The position numbers were made by a program, and so were the translations under genes. A model generated the notes under the pieces. That model was not told the origin of the DNA. It was given only the letters and a program-made list of their open reading frames with translations, and made no database searches. DNA of 64,000 nt. It comes from a virus. The stretch is from the IMG/VR virus record IMGVR_UViG_3300026097_001139, positions 1 through 64,000 of that record. One strand, written 5' to 3'. This document shows positions 29,362-38,215 of this stretch, piece by piece (position 1 is the stretch's first letter; every line of letters starts with the position of its first letter).

Positions 29362-30462
29362 TTACGATTCGTTTGCGGCTAAAATGTATTTGCCGTAACG
29401 TTCGTGAAACTCGTCGAAGTTTTTAAGTTTGGTAGGTTGAACAGGAAGTTGATAGTTGTTAAGAGCAACTCGGGCACCCATAACAACCAATTCAGTTTCG
29501 AAGTTATCCATCATAAAGCGGAAGAACAGGTCGGCCATTTTGTGGAACTGTTTGTCGTCTACACTGTCGCTGTCGATAGCTTCGCGCAGTTCATAGCACA
29601 TGGCAATAACTAAGCTGTACATTGCGCTAATCTCATTGATCTCCAGTGTTTTAACCTTGCCGGCTAAAATATCAGTAGGGTTAGGCATTTGGCTTGCGAC
29701 CTTGCGATGTGCCATAAACTTCACAGCAAGACCTTCGCCTACAGTACCGGCAATGAGATCAGTGAGGCTTTGCTCATCAAGATCGTTGTCTTCAATCAGC
29801 TCACTTACAAAGGTCCACGAACGTGGCGTAGCAAATGCTCTGCTGGCTGCTTTTGCGTCAAAATCATAGAGATCTTGTTTAGCAAACGAAACGTAACCAA
29901 TTACGTCTTTGTGAATGCCATTTTCGGTGGCCCAGTCTAGCCAGTTGGTATAATCCACGCGCATTTCCACGTGTACAAAGCGATTGGCAAGCGGTGTAGG
30001 CATGCGATATGTTACGCCTTTGTCGCTTTCGCGGTTGCCAGCGGCTACCACTACTACATTATCTGGCAACTTGTATTGTCCAATGCGACGGTTGAGAATC
30101 AACTGATATGCAGCGGCCTGTACACTGGGCGCAGCTACGTTCATTTCGTCTAAGAATAATACAACAACTGGATATTGACTGGCTAGCTCTTCTGTTGGAA
30201 GATCCACTGGCGGAGCCCATTCCATTTTGCCAGACTCTTTGCTGTAATAAGGCATGCCTCGCACATCAGTTGGATCCATTAGACCCAAACGTAGATCAAG
30301 AAGCAGACCACCTGATTCACTAGCAATGTCTTCTACAAGTTCTGATTTACCAATACCTGGAGGACCCCAGAGAAAGATAGGACGCTTTTTAGCAAAGCAT
30401 TTTTTGATAAGTTTGCGAGCACCAGTACTGGTGACACTGCGATGTTCTGTTGCGGTGGACAT
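29362..30462 (-). CDS. MoxR-like AAA+ ATPase
   Basis: Walker A GPPGIGKS, Walker B LFLDE, AAGNR, LANRF, TPRSW. Confidence 0.9.
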   Translation of the reverse strand: MSTATEHRSVTSTGARKLIKKCFAKKRPIFLWGPPGIGKSELVEDIASESGGLLLDLRLGLMDPTDVRGMPYYSKESGKMEWAPPVDLPTEELASQYPVVVLFLDEMNVAAPSVQAAAYQLILNRRIGQYKLPDNVVVVAAGNRESDKGVTYRMPTPLANRFVHVEMRVDYTNWLDWATENGIHKDVIGYVSFAKQDLYDFDAKAASRAFATPRSWTFVSELIEDNDLDEQSLTDLIAGTVGEGLAVKFMAHRKVASQMPNPTDILAGKVKTLEINEISAMYSLVIAMCYELREAIDSDSVDDKQFHKMADLFFRFMMDNFETELVVMGARVALNNYQLPVQPTKLKNFDEFHERYGKYILAANES

Positions 30463-30494
30463 AGGGCGTATCCTTTTTTAGTGAATGTACAATT

Positions 30495-30523
30495 ATAATA
30501 GTTGATTACGCCCTTCGTGTCAA
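30495..30523 (-). promoter_or_regulatory. Sigma70-type (early) promoter
   Basis: TTGACA-N17-TATTAT. Confidence 0.85.
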
Positions 30524-30524
30524 C

Positions 30525-32966
30525 CTATAGTAACAAATATTCTGCTACAGTGTCACTTATGTTGCGCATGTATATCCAACGTGGATTGATAGGTTGATCT
30601 TTGCGCACTCGTAGTTTTCCTAACAAACCAATTGGAGCCCATTCCTGTCTTTTACTGCGAGGTGTGTATTCTACCTCAGGATCATAGTTAGGATTGACCT
30701 TTGGTGTCTGAAATGGTCTTCCGTCTTCGTCGTGGGTGGTTGCTGTGGCACCTTCAGGGATTTCCACGTCGTCTAAACTGGTTGCAGTTTGCTCTACTTG
30801 CTTGCCTTTCACAGTTTCTTTCCAGGAATATATGGTGTATTCTTGCATCACAGGACGACCAAAATCATCTGTGAGATACTTGCCTTGCCAGCTGTTTTCA
30901 GGTGCGTCACCTAGCACTCCTGGTACTGCACTTACTACACCAATTGGAGTCTCGTCTGATTGTGCAAGTCTGATTTTGTTAGCCTCTAGCACCACAGACA
31001 TGCCAACTCTGTCCTCATCATCAGGATTGCCGTCGACCCATTCGAAAAATTCTGCATAGTCGCCGGCTGGTGTTGCCGCTACGCCGTCAAAACGCACATT
31101 CCCGCCGCTGTCTACCTGAAATACTGGATCTTGCGTAGGGCTGAATGCATCACTGTATGCACGGAAATGAATGTAAGGTTTACCTTTTAGTGCACCCACT
31201 TCGCTCTGCACGGCTGCACCGGTAAAGTTTGCATTAAGTGCCTGTGCTCTAACACCAACACCGAATCCTGTTGTGCTTGCATTGGTAGCACCTAGCACAG
31301 CACTACCGCCAATGGCGCCTGCTCCATAGTCGTATGAAGCAAATACACTGCCTGCTGCAGGAACTGGTGTTTGATCTGAGTCGCCATTGATACCCAAAGA
31401 TTCTTTATAAAAGCGTATACTATCTACATCGTCTTCAAAAGCAACTGCAATGTAAGGTTGATTTTCTGCTGGATTACTATCGTACCAGAAGCCGTTGTCT
31501 TCCGGGTAGGTAAATCTGTATGCACCGGCAACAATGTTGTCAACGCCAGTAAATGTTTTTCTGCCAGTAACAGTTTGTTCATCGGCTAACACCATGTCGC
31601 CGTCGCCACCGCCACCACCGCCAGTGGCACTGATGGTTACATCTCCAGTGGCACTGGATACACTTATACCTGAGCCTGCATTGATACTGGTTACGCCACT
31701 GCCAGTGGCACTGATGGTTACTGTGCCGCCGCTTTCTGATACGTCAATGCCTGATCCTGCATTGATGCCAAGCACCCCGGTGTTTGTTACTGTGATAGTA
31801 CCTGACCCTGTAATTGGCGAGCCTGACACCGAAATTCCAGCACCTCCGGCTACTCCTACACTGCTCACAGTGCCGTCTCCTGTTCCGCCGGTATAGCCAA
31901 TGGAAATAGCCCCTGCAGAGTTTGTCACAGATATACTGCCTGAACCTGATATAGTGCCTTTGCTTAGTCCGCCGTTGTCACCTATCAGTAACTGTCCGTT
32001 GCCGTACACTGTTTCGCCAGTGCCACCGTTTGTCACTGCTACAATGCCGTTGACATTGTTGGCAATGCCAGCCAAATTGGCTGTGATAACATTGGCATTG
32101 AAACTGCCTGCTGAATCTCTTGCAACCACAGTGTTTGCAAGGTTGCTGTCACTGGCATTCACGCTCCAGGTTTGCGCAGTGTTGGCGTTGTATACATTGC
32201 CGCTGATATAACTGCCAGGCGTTAAAGCATTTTCCAGTGTGCCCAAGATGCTTGCATCGCTGGCATAGGTCATGCCCTTTACAAGTTCTGTAAAACCAGT
32301 TGGACGATCCTCTGGAAGAATTATGAAATCTCTCTTGGCAACAACAGCTATAACAATGTTGTTAACCTTGCCAAGAATCACTGGCTCTGGATCTCCGTTG
32401 AGATCTCTTAGACTGGCACTTTCCCACAGTGTTCCCGGAAATCCAGTGGCAGCCGGAGGACCAATCAAGGACCAACTTGCACCGTCGCTGATGAAAAGCT
32501 GTTGTGATGTTTCATTGAAATAGAAGTCACCAGCCAGTCCAGCATCCGGGGCACTGGTTACAAAAGGCACACGATTATTTGTGATCCACTCTAATCCTCG
32601 GTCTGTCTCTGCGTATACCTTGACTTGAAAATTCACAGTGTCTAGCCATAACTCTCCAACCTTGGCTTCGACACTAGGAGCTGTGTTGCTCACATACAAC
32701 CCGCTGACGTTTTTCCATTGAACACCTGTGTAGGTCTTTATGCATCCGTCTGATGTGTCATACCAGATTTGTCCTTCCAATGGATTTTCTGGGCTGTTTG
32801 CGTCAGCAAAGTTTTCTAAATGCTTTACAAGATTCTCAGTTTCGATTTCGCCGTAGGGTGTGACATTTTTTCCTACTAGGCTTAAACTGGTAGCTTCTGT
32901 ATCGGTAGTACCGTCCGGAATGACAGCAACTATTTCTCCGCGAGTGTTATTAATGATATATGGCAT
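30525..32966 (-). CDS. Tail fibre/virion protein with C-terminal peptidase G2 (intramolecular chaperone) domain
   Basis: N-terminal LENFA..P..GQIWYD; G/S/T-rich 27-aa repeats; C-terminal DYAEFFEW.DGNP..EDR.G..YTPRSKRQEW..IGLLGKL; CTAAATA box upstream. Confidence 0.8.
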   Translation of the reverse strand: MPYIINNTRGEIVAVIPDGTTDTEATSLSLVGKNVTPYGEIETENLVKHLENFADANSPENPLEGQIWYDTSDGCIKTYTGVQWKNVSGLYVSNTAPSVEAKVGELWLDTVNFQVKVYAETDRGLEWITNNRVPFVTSAPDAGLAGDFYFNETSQQLFISDGASWSLIGPPAATGFPGTLWESASLRDLNGDPEPVILGKVNNIVIAVVAKRDFIILPEDRPTGFTELVKGMTYASDASILGTLENALTPGSYISGNVYNANTAQTWSVNASDSNLANTVVARDSAGSFNANVITANLAGIANNVNGIVAVTNGGTGETVYGNGQLLIGDNGGLSKGTISGSGSISVTNSAGAISIGYTGGTGDGTVSSVGVAGGAGISVSGSPITGSGTITVTNTGVLGINAGSGIDVSESGGTVTISATGSGVTSINAGSGISVSSATGDVTISATGGGGGGDGDMVLADEQTVTGRKTFTGVDNIVAGAYRFTYPEDNGFWYDSNPAENQPYIAVAFEDDVDSIRFYKESLGINGDSDQTPVPAAGSVFASYDYGAGAIGGSAVLGATNASTTGFGVGVRAQALNANFTGAAVQSEVGALKGKPYIHFRAYSDAFSPTQDPVFQVDSGGNVRFDGVAATPAGDYAEFFEWVDGNPDDEDRVGMSVVLEANKIRLAQSDETPIGVVSAVPGVLGDAPENSWQGKYLTDDFGRPVMQEYTIYSWKETVKGKQVEQTATSLDDVEIPEGATATTHDEDGRPFQTPKVNPNYDPEVEYTPRSKRQEWAPIGLLGKLRVRKDQPINPRWIYMRNISDTVAEYLLL

Positions 32967-32998
32967 TCGTGACTCCTGTTACATATTTAGCCTAGACG

Positions 32999-33706
32999 CT
33001 AGACCGGCTTGTGCAATACTAGATGGAGGTTGCCGTTGAGATCGTTGCGAATGCCGCTGTGAATATCTCGTGGCAGTTGATGATCAACCACTATGGATCG
33101 GTTGCTCCATAAATTGAGAATTTCCAGAGCAAATTTTCCGGCATAAGCTAAATCAGGTATGCTAACACTGCGACTGTCAGTGTACATCAACCATGTTTCG
33201 ATGTTGGTGCTGATCCATGCTCGTCCTCCTGGTTTCAGCATGTCGTAAATCCATTCAATTCGGTTGTTCATTTCTGCAATGCTGGCAAAGTGAATACTGT
33301 TTACTGCTACGATTTTATCAAACAAGTTTTTTCTTTTACAACAAAACTCTTGATCAAACGTGTCAACAATGTCGGGATTCATATCCTCCCAACTGTCCAT
33401 GCCAATCAAATTTGGAAAGTACTGCTTCCATGGATGTAATCCACAGCCAATATCTATAGCTGTGTCACTGTCTTGTATATTCAATTGACCAAGATAGTAC
33501 CAGCTCTGCATATCAGTAATTTTATGATTCAAACAAAATTCTCTTGAATGGATATACACTGTGTCATTTAAGTATGCCCGTAAAAAAGTTAGGTCTTGAT
33601 AGCTCCAGCAATAATGGTCTGTGTTGTTTTTTATCTGATCAGATTGCGGTAAAATATCCCAGCTTTGTTGCCAATACTGTATGTTGTAAGGGCGTTTGAC
33701 TGTCAT
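32999..33706 (-). CDS. Class I SAM-dependent methyltransferase
   Basis: IDIGCG, FDKIVAVNSIHF, LKPGG. Confidence 0.8.
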   Translation of the reverse strand: MTVKRPYNIQYWQQSWDILPQSDQIKNNTDHYCWSYQDLTFLRAYLNDTVYIHSREFCLNHKITDMQSWYYLGQLNIQDSDTAIDIGCGLHPWKQYFPNLIGMDSWEDMNPDIVDTFDQEFCCKRKNLFDKIVAVNSIHFASIAEMNNRIEWIYDMLKPGGRAWISTNIETWLMYTDSRSVSIPDLAYAGKFALEILNLWSNRSIVVDHQLPRDIHSGIRNDLNGNLHLVLHKPV

Positions 33707-35238
33707 GGAGTCCAGTTGAGTTTGTTGTTTATATAATTTGTTAAGATTCTGTCAATACGTGGATTATTCTTAGTGTGCTTTACTGTGTTATGTACTTGTC
33801 TTGACATACTAAACACTTCGTCTAATGGCAAGTAACTATGAGTATTAAGACTCCAATTATTCAGTTTATAACTTGAATTTTCCATCTGCTCTTTAGCATA
33901 AAGATCTGTAATTTCGTCGCATTCATGTACATTTGTTAAGTCACTTTCCCACATCCTTACCTTAGCACTGTATCCGACCGGTTCTGCAAACTCACTTTCT
34001 TTAGGACCATTTGAAAATGCATGTGCTGACTTTTGTTGTGCCATGTGGTCTCTTTCTGTTGGAAGTTCTCGGTAACCATACTTTTCGTAATTTTCGCATA
34101 GTTTACTTTTCTTTACTAAATCACCTAATACCAGTTCAAGTGTAAAGGCTTGCAAACTTTGATCAGACCAATGTTTTTTTGCCCAGTCCAGTGTGCCGAG
34201 CATGCTGTCAACTGGTTCTGCTGGCAAGCCATTGATCAACCCAATGGTACCGCTATAATAGCCTTTTTTATTGTTGTAGAAATAATTCTTTACATCAAGT
34301 AAACCTTGTTTCAATTTGTCTGGGTCATATCCCTTGCCTATTAACTTTCCAGCTTCTTTGTGAAAAGTTTCGATACCATAGTAGTGTCCAACAAAGTTCA
34401 TTCTGGCCAGTTCTTCGCGATCTTTGGGTCTTGCTACCAGCAGATCGGCACGAATAAAACCAGTGAACATTGTTTCGAAGTCTAATCGTTCAACTACATC
34501 TGCAAACTTGGTAATTTTCTCTGTTCGGTCATTGAATGTTTCGTCTGCTACAGCGTATCGTGTTACACCAAATCTATCGTATGCATTTTTTATGTCTTCC
34601 TCAAAATCATCAGCGTCACGAGTGTAGTCGCCTTTAACACCTAGTATTGGATAGTTACAAAATGCACATTGAAATTTGCAACCTCGAGAAAACTCTAGTG
34701 TTAATGCTTCTTCTGACGTTATAAAGTCTCTATCTTCGTATATTACTTTGAGAGAACGCATAGGGTATGCTGGGTATTGGTCGTTGCAATCAAGAACCTT
34801 GCGATTCAACTTATCTAACATGAGAAAAACAGGACGTGGCCCATTGCTGAATTCATATTCAAGTAGTTTAACTATACCAAGTTCTCCGTACCCATACAAA
34901 TAGTAGTCAACATTGTTGCTTTTAAAGTCTGGGCCAACTGCAGACCCAATCACAGTCATTATATCGGGATTTTTTGATTTGATATATTCAAGTAATCTTT
35001 CCCAACGCGGAACCCATTTCATCCACATAAGGCTAAGGCCAATCCATTTCACTGACGTGATGTCTCGGCTATCAACAAATTGTCTAAGTTGTTCATCGCT
35101 CCATTGATGGACATATTCCACCACTTCCACATCCCAATTGTGATTAGTTCTCAAATAATGGGCAATCCGGTGACTTCCCGATAATCGCGCATTAAAAATT
35201 TCGTGTCCAGGTTGGAAGAGTATTGCTCTATTTTTCAT
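33703..35238 (-). CDS. Radical SAM protein of B12-binding (class B methylase-like) architecture
   Basis: N-terminal Rossmann-like domain with GYGE; SRGCKFQCAFC; DETFND; GIETF. Confidence 0.8.
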   Translation of the reverse strand: MKNRAILFQPGHEIFNARLSGSHRIAHYLRTNHNWDVEVVEYVHQWSDEQLRQFVDSRDITSVKWIGLSLMWMKWVPRWERLLEYIKSKNPDIMTVIGSAVGPDFKSNNVDYYLYGYGELGIVKLLEYEFSNGPRPVFLMLDKLNRKVLDCNDQYPAYPMRSLKVIYEDRDFITSEEALTLEFSRGCKFQCAFCNYPILGVKGDYTRDADDFEEDIKNAYDRFGVTRYAVADETFNDRTEKITKFADVVERLDFETMFTGFIRADLLVARPKDREELARMNFVGHYYGIETFHKEAGKLIGKGYDPDKLKQGLLDVKNYFYNNKKGYYSGTIGLINGLPAEPVDSMLGTLDWAKKHWSDQSLQAFTLELVLGDLVKKSKLCENYEKYGYRELPTERDHMAQQKSAHAFSNGPKESEFAEPVGYSAKVRMWESDLTNVHECDEITDLYAKEQMENSSYKLNNWSLNTHSYLPLDEVFSMSRQVHNTVKHTKNNPRIDRILTNYINNKLNWTP

Positions 35239-35705
35239 TTAAATAAAATTACACTTGTTAGTTTGTCGGCTGCTGAACTTGCTGCCCATGCTTCCGGTTT
35301 GACTTTAGGTTCCGTGTTACACGTACCCTTGATGTATCCAACCGCTTGTTGAATTACAACACTACTGGCATATTTATCAGAAGTGTTTATGTCTAGGTGT
35401 ACTTCGATGTCTTGAACTATGTAAGGATTGAGTCTTTGGTACATATTACTGGCTTTATATACCTCGGTCATCAATCGCAATGCCGGCCGATTAATCCTTT
35501 TATCAAAATCACGTTCACGAGTAACTTCGCCGAATATTTTGCATCCATTGCAACCATTGATGTGTACTACTACTGCAACAGTATACTCTGCATACCATAT
35601 ATTGTTTTTAAAAATGCGAGCAGAGTCTGCTCCGAGATATATTTTAGTTTCCGGGCTTTGCGAATTGATATAGTCAATGACCTGGTCTAGGTTTATATCA
35701 CGCAC
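35235..35705 (-). CDS. RNase H-like YkuK/DUF458 family protein
   Basis: IYLGADS, RLMTEV, EVHLDIN, KPEAWAASSAAD. Confidence 0.8.
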   Translation of the reverse strand: MRDINLDQVIDYINSQSPETKIYLGADSARIFKNNIWYAEYTVAVVVHINGCNGCKIFGEVTRERDFDKRINRPALRLMTEVYKASNMYQRLNPYIVQDIEVHLDINTSDKYASSVVIQQAVGYIKGTCNTEPKVKPEAWAASSAADKLTSVILFK

Positions 35706-35713
35706 TGCCCGCT

Positions 35714-35746
35714 CTACCTTTGCCGGGCAACATTGTAAAGAGACAT
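35714..35746 (-). CDS. 10-aa upstream ORF (MSLYNVARQR)
   Basis: AGGAG SD and CTAAATA box upstream; TAG stop lies inside a hairpin preceding the next GTG. Confidence 0.45.
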   Translation of the reverse strand: MSLYNVARQR

Positions 35747-35787
35747 TGAATACTCCTGTTGCTTGGAGTATTTAGCCAATGCCAGTG

Positions 35788-36522
35788 CTAGTTACTCCAA
35801 ACATCGGCATAGTAGCCTTTGCCATTGGTATCTCCGCCGTTATTCTCAACTTCAACACCATTGTAATAGACATCAGTGATAGTGTCTTCACCATTCAAGT
35901 ATTCTACAACATGAATTTTTAGTTTGCGTGGATCAAACTTTTCACCTCCAGTTATATGTATAACACCATCAAAAAACGTGCCTTTCTCTGCGCTGTACAT
36001 CTGGGCTATGTATTCCACATCTTCCACTGGTTCATCACAACAGGAGTGTTCATTTATTTCAATAGCATCGTCGCCAGACTCTTCATATACTTGATCCACA
36101 AGAGCAGTTAATTCCGTGTAGGTGACTACAGTATTAAGGTGTGTTGAATTGTAATCATCGCCGTCTACTTCGGCAACTTCGATCCACGCACTGTCGTAAT
36201 TAACGCCGAATGTGTGCTCAATCTCGTTTGGCGGTTCATACCATGGTCTTGGGTCGCCATCTTCGTCGACCATAAATTGAGCAGATTTTGGTATTTCACT
36301 GATGTATTCGAAAGCAAAATCACCGTCTTCTGATCCTATCATATATTGAACTAGATCATATTCACCGTGTTCTTCTTTTACACCGTTCCAAAATTCATGT
36401 GCTTGTTTGTTAATAGACAGGTATACAGATTCGCCACCGTATCCATTAATAGTAATACGATAGTAGCGATCTGGATTTTTAATTGCTTCGACCAGTTGCT
36501 CTTTCTCTTCAATTGTTGCCAT
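35788..36522 (-). CDS. Acidic hypothetical protein
   Basis: ORF; start placed at MATIEEK. Confidence 0.7.
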   Translation of the reverse strand: MATIEEKEQLVEAIKNPDRYYRITINGYGGESVYLSINKQAHEFWNGVKEEHGEYDLVQYMIGSEDGDFAFEYISEIPKSAQFMVDEDGDPRPWYEPPNEIEHTFGVNYDSAWIEVAEVDGDDYNSTHLNTVVTYTELTALVDQVYEESGDDAIEINEHSCCDEPVEDVEYIAQMYSAEKGTFFDGVIHITGGEKFDPRKLKIHVVEYLNGEDTITDVYYNGVEVENNGGDTNGKGYYADVWSN

Positions 36523-36526
36523 GCTT

Positions 36527-37393
36527 TTACCCCAATGGTTTTGGTGGGTTGAATACACCATTACTTAGACTAGCAACTATAACATCGTTCACTACAAAAT
36601 GTCTACCGGTCCATTCTATAACAAATTCCTTTTTGTATTCTTCTAATTGGGTGTGGTGTTCCATTAATTGAATACCAGTAATTGAACTATAACTGACTGT
36701 AATTTTATTATATAAGGATAAATTAAATATTTCAGACAATGTGACACTGTTCATTGAACATACAGTATTATCTTTGTGATTGTCAATGCCAAAGTAACTT
36801 AACCAATGATTAAATTTTGTAGGAAATAACAAAGTACAAGGTATATTGTTTGGTAAAAAAAGAGTAGAAATAAGCCTATAGTTACCTGGATGAATCATCA
36901 AGAAATTTTTCTTTTTTGCTCCTAAACTAAAAGGAGTTCTAAAAAAATCTGGAGGATTTGTGTAGAATTGATATAATTTTACCAGGTTATATACAGTATC
37001 TTTGTCAGTGTTATCGTGCTTAGGTGTATAGTCAACTGGAAACCGGAATACTCTTGGTGATTGGTCAGTTTTTAAAAGAGATTGCATGGTATTTGAAAAT
37101 TTATGCAGTAGAGGTAGTCGGCTTACCTGGTTGTAAAAATTTTTAAATTTTCCAGTGTCGGTTTGAACTACAAAGCTATCTTTTCCTGCAAAATGGCATA
37201 CCTGCTTCATGTATTCAACAACTTCTTGAGTGTACCCTGGTGCTTTTTCATGCATTATAGTATGCAACGGATTGGGCTGTCGTAAAAGATTACTTCCTAC
37301 ATATGTGTCGATTTGATCTGGACATTTCCACGAAAAAGTGTAATTCTTGTTGCTACTACCTTGTAGTTGGTTACTTTTCCTGAATGTGTTCAT
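36527..37393 (-). CDS. Hypothetical protein (tandem paralog A)
   Basis: Shares NPPDFFRTPFS, IHPGNYRL, ITGIQ..EHH, IEWTG with the next ORF. Confidence 0.75.
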   Translation of the reverse strand: MNTFRKSNQLQGSSNKNYTFSWKCPDQIDTYVGSNLLRQPNPLHTIMHEKAPGYTQEVVEYMKQVCHFAGKDSFVVQTDTGKFKNFYNQVSRLPLLHKFSNTMQSLLKTDQSPRVFRFPVDYTPKHDNTDKDTVYNLVKLYQFYTNPPDFFRTPFSLGAKKKNFLMIHPGNYRLISTLFLPNNIPCTLLFPTKFNHWLSYFGIDNHKDNTVCSMNSVTLSEIFNLSLYNKITVSYSSITGIQLMEHHTQLEEYKKEFVIEWTGRHFVVNDVIVASLSNGVFNPPKPLG

Positions 37394-37399
37394 ATTTTT

Positions 37400-38215
37400 T
37401 TATCTTGCCGGCTCCAACGGAACAAAAATGCCATTTTTCAGTGTTGCAACTATAATATCATTCACTATAAATTGAGTCCCTGTCCACTCAATTTTATATT
37501 CTTTTTTGTATTCAGGGAGGATAGGATGATGTTCAACAATCTGAATACCAGTGATATGGCTATACCTTATATCGGCCTGCGGCTGAATAGTATCAAGATT
37601 GATTGCTTTTTCTAGAAGTTTGTATGGTGCTTGTAATATAGTCATTGTACGTTCGAAAGAAAAAGGCAGAATACTGTGCAAAACAACGTCGTTGGTTTTA
37701 AAAAAAAGAGTACAAGGAATAGGATCTTGCAAAAACATTGTTGACATAAGCCTATAATTCCCTGGATGAATAAAAATTTTGTGACCTGAAACACTATTAC
37801 CCCCGATGCTAAAAGGAGTTCTAAAAAAATCAGGAGGGTTAACAATAAACTCGTAAAGTTTTGTTAGATTATACAAGTTAGATTTAGTTGCTTGTCCAGA
37901 CGGAATAAAATTGGGCTCGTAGCGGTATACTCTAGATTTTTCTGTCGGTGCTAATTTTTTTAGTGAATAATGGAAGCGGCGTGCAACTGAATTTGATGTG
38001 CTATCGAAAAACTGCTTTAGTGAATGTGTGTCGGTGCACACAATATAACTATCCGTATTTGCAAATCTACAGCATGCTTTAAGGTAATTTGGAATAAGGG
38101 TTTTTTTATCAGTGCCGAAAGATCGTCGAATAGTTAAATCTTCAGTGTCAACTGTGCTACCATTTGGTAGATACAATCTATCCGGGGTTAAAAATTTTAA
38201 TTTTAAATCCGTCAT
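37400..38215 (-). CDS. Hypothetical protein (tandem paralog B)
   Basis: Same motifs as 36527..37393. Confidence 0.75.
   Translation of the reverse strand: MTDLKLKFLTPDRLYLPNGSTVDTEDLTIRRSFGTDKKTLIPNYLKACCRFANTDSYIVCTDTHSLKQFFDSTSNSVARRFHYSLKKLAPTEKSRVYRYEPNFIPSGQATKSNLYNLTKLYEFIVNPPDFFRTPFSIGGNSVSGHKIFIHPGNYRLMSTMFLQDPIPCTLFFKTNDVVLHSILPFSFERTMTILQAPYKLLEKAINLDTIQPQADIRYSHITGIQIVEHHPILPEYKKEYKIEWTGTQFIVNDIIVATLKNGIFVPLEPAR

Noticed and set aside
29323-30471. 13-bp inverted repeats flanking the MoxR gene as an invertible segment or IS ends
   Set aside because: No transposase or recombinase is adjacent and no target duplication is seen; the positions (start codon and terminator loop) fit RNA-level pairing better.
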